A stretch of 64,000 nt of DNA, taken from positions 1,346 through 65,345 of the forward strand of contig JAHENA010000007.1 of NCBI GenBank assembly GCA_024643405.1. Reading direction: 5' to 3'. The DNA is from Flavobacteriales bacterium. GTDB taxonomy: Bacteria > Bacteroidota > Bacteroidia > Flavobacteriales > Flavobacteriaceae. The notes under the pieces are model-generated. The model ran no database searches. It saw only the letters and a list, made by a program, of their open reading frames with translations, and was not told the DNA's origin. Position 1 is the stretch's first letter. Every line of letters starts with the position of its first letter. This document shows, piece after piece, positions 8,375 through 19,918 of this stretch. Both the position numbers and the translations under genes were made by a program.

Positions 8375-9679
8375 TTAAGATTCAGCCTTTTCTAATTGCT
8401 TATTAATCTTTTGAATGGCGTTTTCTATTGATTTTTCAGGCTCAATAATATTGTATTCCCCCCAAAATTCAGGATCTGAAAAACCAGAGGCTTTATCAAT
8501 CAATACCACATTGGGTTTTAATTTTTCTCCTATAAGCTTAGAATCATCAGCAATTTCCCAATCAGTGATAGCCATTTCACAATTCAAGGTGTAAACATTA
8601 TTAAATAATCTACGTTTATAATTAACTTTAAAAGTCAGTTCAATTTTACCATAACCATAATACCATTTTCCATTTCTGGTTCTGTAATCTACTCTGTAAG
8701 AAGCAACCGTTGGATAAACTTTGGCGTTATTTGGTTTTTTTCTAACAAACATTTCACTAGCTAATGTTCTGTTTGAAAGGTTTAAATTATACATAGCACT
8801 GGTAAGTGCAAGCGTTTGAGAATCAATATATAATTTACCATAATATAAAGGTTCGTCATTATTTACCTTTTGTTTGAAATTAACCACATAAACCAGTCTG
8901 TTATTTAATTGAGTAGATTCATCAAAAGTGAAAACGTAATTAGATAAATCATTTTTATCAAATATATATTCAGGATATTTTATCATATCGGTATATAAAG
9001 TGCTGAAAGGACCTCCCTGTAGTTTTAAAGCCAGTGTATCGAGTCTGGAATAATCAGTACTTTTTCTTGATTTTACAAGGCTCACTTCATCACTTTTCCC
9101 ATTGGTGTAAGGCTGTTTGTATACAGCCAGAACGGCTTCAGAAAGTGAGGCGTTTTTATTACGTTTTTTTATAGTTTCTCGGTAAAAGGCAGTCATTTTT
9201 GTTCTGTCATTGTCGTAAAATTCACTTTTTTTGTTTAGAGTAGCACGCACTAAGGCTTCGGCATTTTTAATCCCATAAACATTTACATAACTTAATTGTG
9301 TTATAGAAACATCTAAATAAATTTTATTCTCATCTTTTTTTAGTGAAGAAATTTCAATTTCGCCTTTAGCATACCCAAGCAGTGAAATCTTAATAGTTTT
9401 ATTTAAATATTCATTGGGAACTTTTAATAAAAAAGCACCTTCATTATTTGTAATCGTACTAATGTTAGTTCCTGAAATATTAATATCAACATAAGCTAAA
9501 GGGTCTTTAGAGCTACTGTCATAAACATGTCCTTTAAACTCATTTACGGTTTGTATCCCTTGCAATGGTTCTTGAAACACATTGGACGCCTGTGTCTTTA
9601 ATTGTAGACCAAAAATGCAGAAAACTACGGATGTATATAAGAATACTAAACTGTTTTTTAGTGTATCTTTCTTTTTCAT
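8375..9679 (-). CDS. Carboxypeptidase-regulatory-like domain protein (secreted)
   Basis: A signal peptide is followed by a CarboxypepD_reg-like stretch: GHVYDSSSKDPLAYVDINISGTNISTITNNEGAFLLKVP. Confidence 0.7.
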   Translation of the reverse strand: MKKKDTLKNSLVFLYTSVVFCIFGLQLKTQASNVFQEPLQGIQTVNEFKGHVYDSSSKDPLAYVDINISGTNISTITNNEGAFLLKVPNEYLNKTIKISLLGYAKGEIEISSLKKDENKIYLDVSITQLSYVNVYGIKNAEALVRATLNKKSEFYDNDRTKMTAFYRETIKKRNKNASLSEAVLAVYKQPYTNGKSDEVSLVKSRKSTDYSRLDTLALKLQGGPFSTLYTDMIKYPEYIFDKNDLSNYVFTFDESTQLNNRLVYVVNFKQKVNNDEPLYYGKLYIDSQTLALTSAMYNLNLSNRTLASEMFVRKKPNNAKVYPTVASYRVDYRTRNGKWYYGYGKIELTFKVNYKRRLFNNVYTLNCEMAITDWEIADDSKLIGEKLKPNVVLIDKASGFSDPEFWGEYNIIEPEKSIENAIQKINKQLEKAES

Positions 9680-9947
9680 AGCAATACTTCTTAAGTGGTT
9701 ATTTATAAAAAGTTTAAGTTACTAAAATGCTGATAAAATATCAAGGCTTTTATTAAATCATTAACAAATAATTGACAATTGAAATTTTCTTGAAATACGG
9801 TTGAATTTTCGGGGGATTTTATGTTGTAAATGTATCCATATTCCGTTGGTTTTTATTAGAATGATTAGAACTCTTAACTATTTTTTTAGAATTTAAAAAT
9901 CTAATAAATGTATCTTTACCATTTCTTAGTAAAGAATAATTTAAATT

Positions 9948-11549
9948 ATGCCATCAGAAAGTATTTCATTTAAAAAAACGGGCTATTTTTCTTCTTTAAT
10001 TTGTGATTATTTAGAGGAAGCAGAAATGTTAAGGCCGTTTTATAATCGTTTCCCAACGCTTGAAAATTTCAGGAAGCAAATTGAAGAAAAACAGGCTTCC
10101 TTTAATTTGTTTTCAAGAAGTATATTGGTTGATAGTTTAAAGGAACAATATGCACGTATAGCAACCTCTGAGAGTACAGCACAAAATATTGAATCTTTAA
10201 AACAGGAAAACACTTTTACTATTACTACGGGGCATCAATTAAATATTTTTACAGGCCCACTATATTTTTTGTATAAAATTGTTTCTACTATAAATCTTAC
10301 AACTCAACTAAAAAACGCATATCCTGATTATAATTTTGTTCCTGTCTATTGGATGGCAACTGAAGATCATGATTTTGAAGAGATAAATTATTTCAATTTT
10401 AAAGGAAAAAAAGTTCATTGGAATAAAGCAGCTAGCGGAGCTGTGGGTGAATTATCAACCTCAGGCTTAGAAACCGTTTTGGAGCTGTTTTCTCAAGAAT
10501 TAGGGTTAGGTAAACATGCTGATTTTCTGAGAGATTTGTTTGCTGAAAGTTATTTGAAAAATGATAATCTGGCTGATGCAACCAGATATTTGACTAATGC
10601 GCTATTTTCAGAATACGGTTTGGTCATTATTGATGCCAATAAAAAGGAATTAAAGCAACAATTTGCACCATTTATAAAAGATGAATTGCTCCATGAGACA
10701 TCGTTTAAATTGGTGTCAAAAGTAAACGATGCCATGAATGCGTTGCCTGGAAATACTAAAATTCAGGTGAATCCACGGGAGATTAATTTGTTTTACTTGA
10801 ACCAGAATTTACGTGACCGTATTATTTTTGAAAATGAGATTTACTCAGTTGTAAATACTAATATTACCTGGACAAAGGAAGCGCTTTTAAAAGAAGTGGA
10901 TAATTATCCTGAAAGATTCAGTCCAAATGTCATTATGCGACCTTTATATCAGGAAGTAATTTTGCCTAATCTCTGCTATATTGGCGGTGGTGGTGAATTA
11001 GCTTATTGGTTTCAGCTTCAGGCCTTCTTTAATGAAGTTAAAATCCCTTTCCCAATCATGCTACTGCGTAATTCAGTGTTAATTCAATCGGTTCAGCAAC
11101 AAAAAAAGCTTAAGAATTTAAATATTTCTAATGAAGATATCTTTTTGAAGAGAGAAGTGTTTATTAATAAAAAAGTGAGGGAAATTTCAAATATAGATAT
11201 TGACTTTTCTCCACAAAAAAAGCATTTAACTCAACAATTTGAAATTTTATACCAAATAGCTAAACAAACAGATAAATCATTTGTTAATGCTGTAAAGGCC
11301 CAAGAAGTAAAACAATTAAAAGGTTTGGAAAATCTTGAAAGACGATTGTTAAAGGCTCAAAAGAGAAAATTACAGGATCAGGTTTTAAGAATGACCGAAT
11401 TACAAAATGACTTGTTTCCTAACAATAGCTTACAAGAGCGCAACACTAATTTTTCACAATTCTATTTAGAATATGGTGAGAAATTAATTCCTGAATTAAT
11501 TAAAAACTTAAATCCTCTCAGTTCAGAGTTTTTAATATTAACACTTTAA
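9948..11549 (+). CDS. bshC: Bacillithiol biosynthesis cysteine-adding enzyme BshC
   Basis: 533 aa. The N-terminus FSSLICDYL…FYNRFP and the TGHQLNIFTGPLYFLYKI block are characteristic of BshC/YllA. Confidence 0.85.
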   Translation: MPSESISFKKTGYFSSLICDYLEEAEMLRPFYNRFPTLENFRKQIEEKQASFNLFSRSILVDSLKEQYARIATSESTAQNIESLKQENTFTITTGHQLNIFTGPLYFLYKIVSTINLTTQLKNAYPDYNFVPVYWMATEDHDFEEINYFNFKGKKVHWNKAASGAVGELSTSGLETVLELFSQELGLGKHADFLRDLFAESYLKNDNLADATRYLTNALFSEYGLVIIDANKKELKQQFAPFIKDELLHETSFKLVSKVNDAMNALPGNTKIQVNPREINLFYLNQNLRDRIIFENEIYSVVNTNITWTKEALLKEVDNYPERFSPNVIMRPLYQEVILPNLCYIGGGGELAYWFQLQAFFNEVKIPFPIMLLRNSVLIQSVQQQKKLKNLNISNEDIFLKREVFINKKVREISNIDIDFSPQKKHLTQQFEILYQIAKQTDKSFVNAVKAQEVKQLKGLENLERRLLKAQKRKLQDQVLRMTELQNDLFPNNSLQERNTNFSQFYLEYGEKLIPELIKNLNPLSSEFLILTL

Positions 11550-11552
11550 ATA

Positions 11553-12926
11553 ATGCATAAAATAGATATTGATTTGGTGAACATGACCTTGGATGTCATG
11601 AAATATGCTATTGATAGAATATCAGTCACAGAACCTAAAATAGGGATTCCACAAAAAGCAGAAGATTTAAAAGCCTTAGTAGGTGAAACCATAACCGAAA
11701 AGGGCATTGGTGGTGAAGTAGCTTTTAATTTATGGAAAGCACATTTAATGAAAGCCAATGTATCTATTGATCATCCAAGACATTTGGCTTTTGTCCCGGC
11801 TTCACCCACAAGAGCAGCTATTATGTTTGATTTAGTGACTTCAGCGTCAAGTATTCATGGGGCGTACTGGATGGAAGGTGCTGGCGGTATTTTTTGTGAA
11901 AATGAAGCCATGAAATGGATAGTTTCACTCACAGGATTACCTGAAGGAGCTTTTGGGGTATTTACCAGTGGTGGCACCGCGGCCAATTTGTCTGCAATTG
12001 TTACCGCACGAGAATACTGGAGGAGTTTGAATAATCAGAATAAAGTGGAAAAAGGGCTTATTATTACTTCAATTGGTGCACATTCCTCAATTAAAGCCAT
12101 GGCCAAAGTAGTAGATGTTGATGTTTTATTAGTGGATACTGAAGACAGATTAGAAGCAAATGCATTACAAAGCACTATAGATAATTTAACAAGCCATCAA
12201 CGGCGACGATTATTTGCAATAGTGGCCACAGGTGGAACCACGAATGCTGGTATTATTGATGATTTGGATGGCATAGCTGTTATTTGCAAAAAAGAACATT
12301 TATGGTTGCATGTAGATGCAGCTTATGGAGGTGGCGCTTTAGCGGCGGATTCTGTAAGACATTTATTTAATGGCATTGAAAAAGCCGATAGTATCACCAT
12401 TGACCCTCATAAATGGATGTTTTCGCCATATGACTGCGGTGCCGTGATTTATAAAAATCCTGAGTTGGCTAAAAAAGCACATGCACAGGAAGGTTCTTAT
12501 TTGGATATTTTTAAAGATGAAGGGGCTCATGGATTTAATCCAAGTGATTACCAGATACAATTAACAAGACGTGTCAGAGGCTTGCCGTTGTGGTTCTCAT
12601 TAGCAACACATGGTACTGACAGATACAAAGTGGCTATTGAGCGTGGTCTTGAATTAGCACAAATAGCAGGTAAATTAATTCAAGATAACCCACATGTGGA
12701 ATTAGTACGAGAACCAAGTTTGTCTTGTGTTTTATACCGAAGAATTGGATGGAAACCTGAAGATTATACCCATTGGACTTATGAAAATCATAAAAAAGGT
12801 TTTGCCTTAGTAACTCCAACCAAATGGAAAAATGGTCAAACCTATGAAACCGTTTCTCGTTTTTGTTTTATCAATCCGGATACGACAGAAAAAGATATAG
12901 AAATGATTTTAGATTCTATGAAATAA
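11553..12926 (+). CDS. Group II pyridoxal-phosphate-dependent decarboxylase
   Basis: Lysine motif SITIDPHKWMFSPYDCG, the TSGGTAANL block and HVDAAYGG. 457 aa. The ATG lies 3 nt after the bshC stop. Confidence 0.85.
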   Translation: MHKIDIDLVNMTLDVMKYAIDRISVTEPKIGIPQKAEDLKALVGETITEKGIGGEVAFNLWKAHLMKANVSIDHPRHLAFVPASPTRAAIMFDLVTSASSIHGAYWMEGAGGIFCENEAMKWIVSLTGLPEGAFGVFTSGGTAANLSAIVTAREYWRSLNNQNKVEKGLIITSIGAHSSIKAMAKVVDVDVLLVDTEDRLEANALQSTIDNLTSHQRRRLFAIVATGGTTNAGIIDDLDGIAVICKKEHLWLHVDAAYGGGALAADSVRHLFNGIEKADSITIDPHKWMFSPYDCGAVIYKNPELAKKAHAQEGSYLDIFKDEGAHGFNPSDYQIQLTRRVRGLPLWFSLATHGTDRYKVAIERGLELAQIAGKLIQDNPHVELVREPSLSCVLYRRIGWKPEDYTHWTYENHKKGFALVTPTKWKNGQTYETVSRFCFINPDTTEKDIEMILDSMK

Positions 12927-13063
12927 CCTTAAGTTATTTAAAGTCTATCAACATGTTATTTATTAAATAGTTTATCAGTCAGAATAAAAATAAAGGAAAG
13001 AAAGACATTAAATAAAATTTTAAAAAAGTGTCAGTCCTAATTCGTCATTCTAAAATCAATTAT

Positions 13064-13071
13064 TACTTTTG
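13064..13071 (+). promoter_or_regulatory. Candidate sigma-A -7 box (TACTTTTG) directly abutting the guaA start
   Basis: Exact TAnnTTTG match whose final G is 3 nt before the ATG at 13075. Confidence 0.4.
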
Positions 13072-13074
13072 CGC

Positions 13075-14610
13075 ATGCAACACAACAAGGTACTTATCTT
13101 AGATTTCGGGTCGCAATATACCCAGCTTATTGCCCGAAGAGTTAGAGAACTCAATATTTATTGCGAAATTCATCCTTATAATAAAATACCAGAAACGGTA
13201 TCAGAATACAACGCTGTAATTCTTTCTGGAAGTCCGTTTTCAGTAAGAGGTGAAGACGCTCCACATCCCGATTTATCAAAAATACGTGGTAAAAAGCCCA
13301 TGCTAGCTGTTTGCTATGGAGCACAGTATCTGGCGCATTTCTCAGGAGGTGAAGTAGCACCATCAAATACCAGAGAATATGGAAGAGCCAACTTGTCATT
13401 TATAAAAAATGAAGACGCTTTTTTCAAGGGAATTAAAAAAGGAAGTCAGGTTTGGATGAGTCATAGTGATACCATTAAGCATTTGCCAACAAAGGCTGTT
13501 TTATTGGCATCAACCCATGATGTTGAAAATGCGGCTTATAGAATTGATGGCGAATCAACTTATGCCATTCAATTTCATCCTGAAGTCTATCATTCTACGG
13601 ATGGTAAACAATTATTAGAAAATTTTTTAGTCCATATAGCAGGGGTGCATCAAGATTGGACGCCTCAATCATTTGTTGAGGAAACTATAGAAGATCTTCA
13701 GAATAAAATAGGAAACGATAAAGTAGTCTTAGGGCTATCCGGTGGTGTTGATTCTTCGGTGGCTGCAGTATTATTACATAAAGCTATTGGAAAAAACTTG
13801 TATTGCATTTTTGTAAATAATGGCTTGCTTCGAAAAAATGAATTTGAAAGTGTTTTGAAGCAATATGAGGGCATGGGACTAAACGTGAAAGGTGTTGATG
13901 CTTCCAAAAGATTTTTGGATGCTTTGGCTGGTGTTGATGATCCTGAGAAAAAAAGAAAAGCTATTGGTAATGCTTTTATTGAAGTTTTTGATGATGAAGC
14001 ACACCAAATTGAAAATGTAACCTGGTTAGCACAAGGAACGATTTATCCAGATGTCATTGAAAGCGTTTCAGCAACTGGTGGACCATCGGCGACTATAAAA
14101 AGCCATCATAATGTTGGCGGATTACCTGACTTTATGAAACTTAAAATTGTAGAACCTTTAAAGTCATTATTTAAAGATGAGGTTCGCAGGGTAGGAGCTA
14201 CGTTGGGTATTGATCCTTTATTGCTAGGTCGTCATCCGTTTCCAGGCCCTGGACTGGCAATTCGTATTTTAGGAGATATTACGGCTGAAAAAGTGCGCAT
14301 CCTTCAAGAGGTAGATGCTATTTTTATAAATGGTCTTCGTGAATGGGGATTATATGATAAAGTCTGGCAGGCAGGGGCTATGTTACTACCCGTAAATAGT
14401 GTTGGTGTTATGGGTGATGAACGTACTTATGAAAAGTGTGTGGCACTAAGAGCGGTAGAAAGTACCGATGGTATGACGGCAGATTGGGTTAACTTACCTT
14501 ATGAGTTTTTACAGAAAACATCTAACGATATAATAAATAAAGTAAAAGGCGTTAATAGAGTAGTATATGATATTAGCTCAAAACCGCCAGCCACCATTGA
14601 ATGGGAATAA
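13075..14610 (+). CDS. guaA: Glutamine-hydrolysing GMP synthase
   Basis: [20 protein letters not shown], the GATase region and the ATP-PPase loop [10 protein letters not shown] are present. The C-terminus KPPATIEWE is canonical. I prefer the ATG at 13075 over the TTG at 13069. Confidence 0.97.
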   Translation: MQHNKVLILDFGSQYTQLIARRVRELNIYCEIHPYNKIPETVSEYNAVILSGSPFSVRGEDAPHPDLSKIRGKKPMLAVCYGAQYLAHFSGGEVAPSNTREYGRANLSFIKNEDAFFKGIKKGSQVWMSHSDTIKHLPTKAVLLASTHDVENAAYRIDGESTYAIQFHPEVYHSTDGKQLLENFLVHIAGVHQDWTPQSFVEETIEDLQNKIGNDKVVLGLSGGVDSSVAAVLLHKAIGKNLYCIFVNNGLLRKNEFESVLKQYEGMGLNVKGVDASKRFLDALAGVDDPEKKRKAIGNAFIEVFDDEAHQIENVTWLAQGTIYPDVIESVSATGGPSATIKSHHNVGGLPDFMKLKIVEPLKSLFKDEVRRVGATLGIDPLLLGRHPFPGPGLAIRILGDITAEKVRILQEVDAIFINGLREWGLYDKVWQAGAMLLPVNSVGVMGDERTYEKCVALRAVESTDGMTADWVNLPYEFLQKTSNDIINKVKGVNRVVYDISSKPPATIEWE

Positions 14611-14825
14611 TTTTTGGCAGAAGCCATAATTTAAAGTTATATTTATCTTTTTTGATGGCATCTAATTGGCGTTTCACAAGCGTATATAATTAGAATGAGT
14701 AAAACTTTATTCTAAGTTAAATTCTAATATGTTTTTTTGGCATGCTATATGTATTAGAAGAAAAGTTAGTTAACCTAAGTTAAGTTCATGAAAATTTCCT
14801 GAGCTTAAATTTAAAAATAGATTGC

Positions 14826-16757
14826 ATGATTAAATTCTTTTCCATTATTTGTTTAGTATTTGTTTTCGGTATAAATACGGTTCAAGGGCAAAATTATAAA
14901 ACACATAAAGTTAAACAAGGAGAGACCATTGAGAGTATTGCTAAGCAATATTTAGTAACACCTGTTGATATATATACTTTAAATCCTGATGCTAAAAAGG
15001 GATTAAAACCAAATGCGCTTTTAATCATTCCAAGTTCAAAAGGCGAAGAACCAAAAGTGACAATATCTAAAGAATTACAGGGATTTAGAACGCACAGAAC
15101 TGGTAAAAAAGAGACTTTATATAGGTTGGCTAAAGAAAATAATGTCTCAGAAGAAGATATTAAAAAGTACAATACTTTTTTATATGCGAATCCTTTAAGG
15201 AAAGGCGATAAAATTCAAATCCCAATTTTTAAGATAACCAAAGTTGTTGAAGAAACGGCACAAACGAAGCCATACATGGTATTGCCTAAAGAAGGCAAAT
15301 GGCGTATTGCCTATAAATTTGGAATAACGGTTACTGAGTTGGATGCTTTAAATCCACATGTAGGTGAAACCTTGCAGGAAGGTCAGGTAATTAACGTGCC
15401 AAATATTACCAAAACAGATGAGAAGATAGTTGATGAACAATACAGTTATTATAAAGTCTTACCAAAAGAAGGATTTTACAGATTAAAACTTAAACTAGGA
15501 CTGGAACAAGACCAATTGGAAGCCTTAAATCCGGTTTTAAAGGAAACAGGATTAAAAGAAGGGATGGTTTTAAAAGTACCTTTTAATGCCGTTGATAATA
15601 ATACTGATGAGCCATCAAATGTTAAAAATCTGGCACATTATATACATGATTACTCCATAAAGCACATTGCTGTCATGTTACCTTTTCGTTTAAATAAAGT
15701 TGATTTTGATTCAATTACAGGTACAAAGCAAAGCATCACAAAAGACCCTTATTTAAATGCTTCTTTAGATTTTCATTCAGGTATTTTATTAGCGATAGAT
15801 TCTTTAAAAACTTTGGGAATCTCTTTGAAAGTAGATGTCTATGATACAAAATATCAGGTAAGTGAAGTAGAGAAAATTATCAGAGAACATGATTTTGAAG
15901 ATGTTGATGCCGTCATTGGCCCCTTAACACCAAATAATTTTGATAAAGCCACTAATGATTTAAGAATATATAATATTCCAGTAATATCGCCTATTGGTGA
16001 AAATTTGAATCTGGTAGAAAATGTATTTCAAACAAGACCATCCATAGAAATATTGCGAAATAAGATTATTGGCTATGTGAAAACATTATCTGATGTGAAT
16101 AATGTAGTGATCATTTCTGATACAAAAAATACTCTTGTAGCCAGTCAAATTAAACAAGAATTTGTAAGTGCTAGGCAAGTGTATTCCAGAAAAAATAAAG
16201 AGGGCAAAGATGCCAATTATGTTTTAGCTGATGATATTGCTGCGGTTTTAAAGCCTGGACAAAATATCGTTTTCTTAGAAACTCAAAATGAAGGATTTGC
16301 CTCCAATGTTACCAGTATTTTAAATTCATTAATTCAGGTAGAAAATATTGCAGAGAAGAAAGTGGGAATTGATATTATATTGACAACAACCAATATAAAT
16401 TCTGCTTTTGAAGGTGATGAAATATCTAACGAGCATTTATCAAACCTACAGTTTACATTTGGAAGTATGTCTAAAAGTAACGATGGGGTTATTAATAATT
16501 CCTTTATTAAAAAATACGAAGAGATTTATCATGTTACACCCAACAAGCGTGCCGTGAGAGGTTTTGATATTACTATGGATGTAGTTTTAAGATTAGTGTC
16601 CTCTGATGATTTATACAAGTCTGTTAATGAAAGTCCGTTAACCGAATATGTTGAAAATAAATTTGAGTATAAAAAGAAATTGTTTGGTGGTTATTACAAT
16701 GAGGCATCCTACCTGGTAAAATATCAGGATTTAAGAATTGTGGAAATTAAGGAATAA
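14826..16757 (+). CDS. Secreted protein with four LysM domains plus a type-1 periplasmic-binding-like domain
   Basis: Four LysM-like repeats, for example HKVKQGETIESIAKQY…, HRTGKKETLYRLAKEN…, and two starting LPKEG…. These are followed by an approximately 370-aa PBP1-like region. Confidence 0.85.
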   Translation: MIKFFSIICLVFVFGINTVQGQNYKTHKVKQGETIESIAKQYLVTPVDIYTLNPDAKKGLKPNALLIIPSSKGEEPKVTISKELQGFRTHRTGKKETLYRLAKENNVSEEDIKKYNTFLYANPLRKGDKIQIPIFKITKVVEETAQTKPYMVLPKEGKWRIAYKFGITVTELDALNPHVGETLQEGQVINVPNITKTDEKIVDEQYSYYKVLPKEGFYRLKLKLGLEQDQLEALNPVLKETGLKEGMVLKVPFNAVDNNTDEPSNVKNLAHYIHDYSIKHIAVMLPFRLNKVDFDSITGTKQSITKDPYLNASLDFHSGILLAIDSLKTLGISLKVDVYDTKYQVSEVEKIIREHDFEDVDAVIGPLTPNNFDKATNDLRIYNIPVISPIGENLNLVENVFQTRPSIEILRNKIIGYVKTLSDVNNVVIISDTKNTLVASQIKQEFVSARQVYSRKNKEGKDANYVLADDIAAVLKPGQNIVFLETQNEGFASNVTSILNSLIQVENIAEKKVGIDIILTTTNINSAFEGDEISNEHLSNLQFTFGSMSKSNDGVINNSFIKKYEEIYHVTPNKRAVRGFDITMDVVLRLVSSDDLYKSVNESPLTEYVENKFEYKKKLFGGYYNEASYLVKYQDLRIVEIKE

Positions 16758-16836
16758 ACTTATTTTGAAATACAATTTTCACAGTGGTATAGAGTAAAAA
16801 GATAATGCCAATTAATACTTTCACAACTACATACCT

Positions 16837-17070
16837 ATGTTGATGCAACCAGATAAAAATTTTCTGATAACGTTAGCGCATACCAAAATGCCTTTTGGTA
16901 AATACAAAGACCGTTATTTGATTGATTTACCTGAGTATTATGTGGTTTGGTATCATAACAAGGGATTTCCCAAGGGAAAATTAGGAGACTTACTTCAAAC
17001 GGTATATGAATTGAAATTAAATGGACTGGAAGATTTAATTAGAAATATAAAAAAGCAATATCCTAAATAA
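16837..17070 (+). CDS. DUF3820 family protein
   Basis: The block KMPFGKYKDRYLIDLPEYYVVWY is the hallmark of this small family. 77 aa. Confidence 0.75.
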   Translation: MLMQPDKNFLITLAHTKMPFGKYKDRYLIDLPEYYVVWYHNKGFPKGKLGDLLQTVYELKLNGLEDLIRNIKKQYPK

Positions 17071-17250
17071 ATATTTTAAGGTCGTTTATCGTTTTTTATA
17101 TGTTAAGTTGTTTGTTTGTGTGCGAGGATTCTCTGAAGGAAAATCAGACCCTGCAAACATGCCACGATCTTTTGATTACCTAAACTAAGCAATTTTTTAT
17201 ATATTATGTTTTGCAATGCGTTTTCTGTAAATCCTATGTAATAAAAACAT

Positions 17251-17970
17251 TTATAATTTAAAAAACCAAATGCTAAAAGATTTCCAAAATTCAAACTTAT
17301 AAAAATTCATTACTGCATAATGATAGAATAAATGGATAAGAAGAGCAACTGGAAAAACGTTAAGACGTTTATGGGATTTCCAGTCCCAAACACATAATAT
17401 AACTAAAAGAATATCTGCTAAAGTTAGTCCGACCACCTGAATGACGGGCCCGTCTACCGATGGAAAAAATGGTAATAGCGAGGGGAAATAGGAGTCAATG
17501 ATACGATCAATAATGGCCGTAAACATTGCGAAAATTGTACATATCATAAATCGTGCATGGACTGCTGGTTTGTTTTTAAAATAAATTGCCAACAGATAAT
17601 AGATAAGAAAGACGAGTAGAGCAATTAAAACAGAGGACGTAAATAAATAATCTCGATTTTCTAATGTAGTTGATTGATTTAACCTAAACTTGTAAAGGTC
17701 AACAGTTGTAAAGGCGATTAAAGGAACTAATAAATATGAAGTTTTACCTAGTTGTCTGTGAAGTTTTATTTTTTTTCTTCTAATAAGGTAAGCTTGGGCT
17801 ATTAATAAAATGCACCAAAGAATCATCACAGTTCCATGTAGGTGCATACGGTAATTTTCTTGATCTAATATTTGTGTGAAGTATGTCACCCAAAAACCCA
17901 ACAACATAAAAATGAAAAAGCCGATTAAATACAAATAACTCTTTTGGAATAAGACTCTTTCTAATTTCAT
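17251..17970 (-). CDS. Hypothetical polytopic membrane protein
   Basis: 239 aa with about 6-7 hydrophobic segments. No family recognised. Confidence 0.55.
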   Translation of the reverse strand: MKLERVLFQKSYLYLIGFFIFMLLGFWVTYFTQILDQENYRMHLHGTVMILWCILLIAQAYLIRRKKIKLHRQLGKTSYLLVPLIAFTTVDLYKFRLNQSTTLENRDYLFTSSVLIALLVFLIYYLLAIYFKNKPAVHARFMICTIFAMFTAIIDRIIDSYFPSLLPFFPSVDGPVIQVVGLTLADILLVILCVWDWKSHKRLNVFPVALLIHLFYHYAVMNFYKFEFWKSFSIWFFKL

Positions 17971-18181
17971 ATCTTAATCAAAAATTATTTTCAAAAGTTT
18001 TTCTAACTTTTTTGCCCAACTAAACTGATATGGACTGTTTTAATAATTCATATTAACAGTTAAACGAAGTTCGCTATTATTTATGATAAAATCAATGAAG
18101 TTCTACGCCTTTTTAGTAAATAAAGCTTTGTTTATAAGTCGTCTTCAAATAACTAAAACAAAGTTTAAATAACTAGTTTAA

Positions 18182-19855
<1,674 letters not shown>

Positions 19856-19918
19856 AATTGGATAGTTTTTTGATTAGCATTTAAATCCTTGACTTGAAGG
19901 AGGAATAATAAATAACAA

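Noticed and set aside
8204-8395. 63-aa ORF in the rimO / carboxypeptidase-regulatory-like gene spacer
   Set aside because: It overlaps the hairpin region and the 3' end of the convergent gene. The composition is low-complexity Leu/Asn/Lys with no motif.
14656-14671. Second sigma-54-like GG-N10-GC site (TGGCATCTAATTGGCG) upstream of the LysM gene
   Set aside because: The -12 element reads TGGC rather than TTGC, losing the conserved T before GC, and the site is about 155 nt from the start codon. It is too weak to report as a promoter.
17103-17294. 63-aa minus-strand ORF, and a slightly GC-richer stretch (about 17120-17170), in the spacer after the DUF3820 gene
   Set aside because: The ORF overlaps the 3' end of the neighbouring membrane-protein gene in another frame. 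I searched the GC-richer stretch for stems and found only 4-5 bp pairings, so I cannot support an RNA gene.
19897-19903. AAGGAGG Shine-Dalgarno-like sequence upstream of yidC
   Set aside because: It lies 15 nt from the ATG, which is too far for canonical spacing. Other genes in the window lack SD motifs, consistent with Bacteroidota translation initiation.
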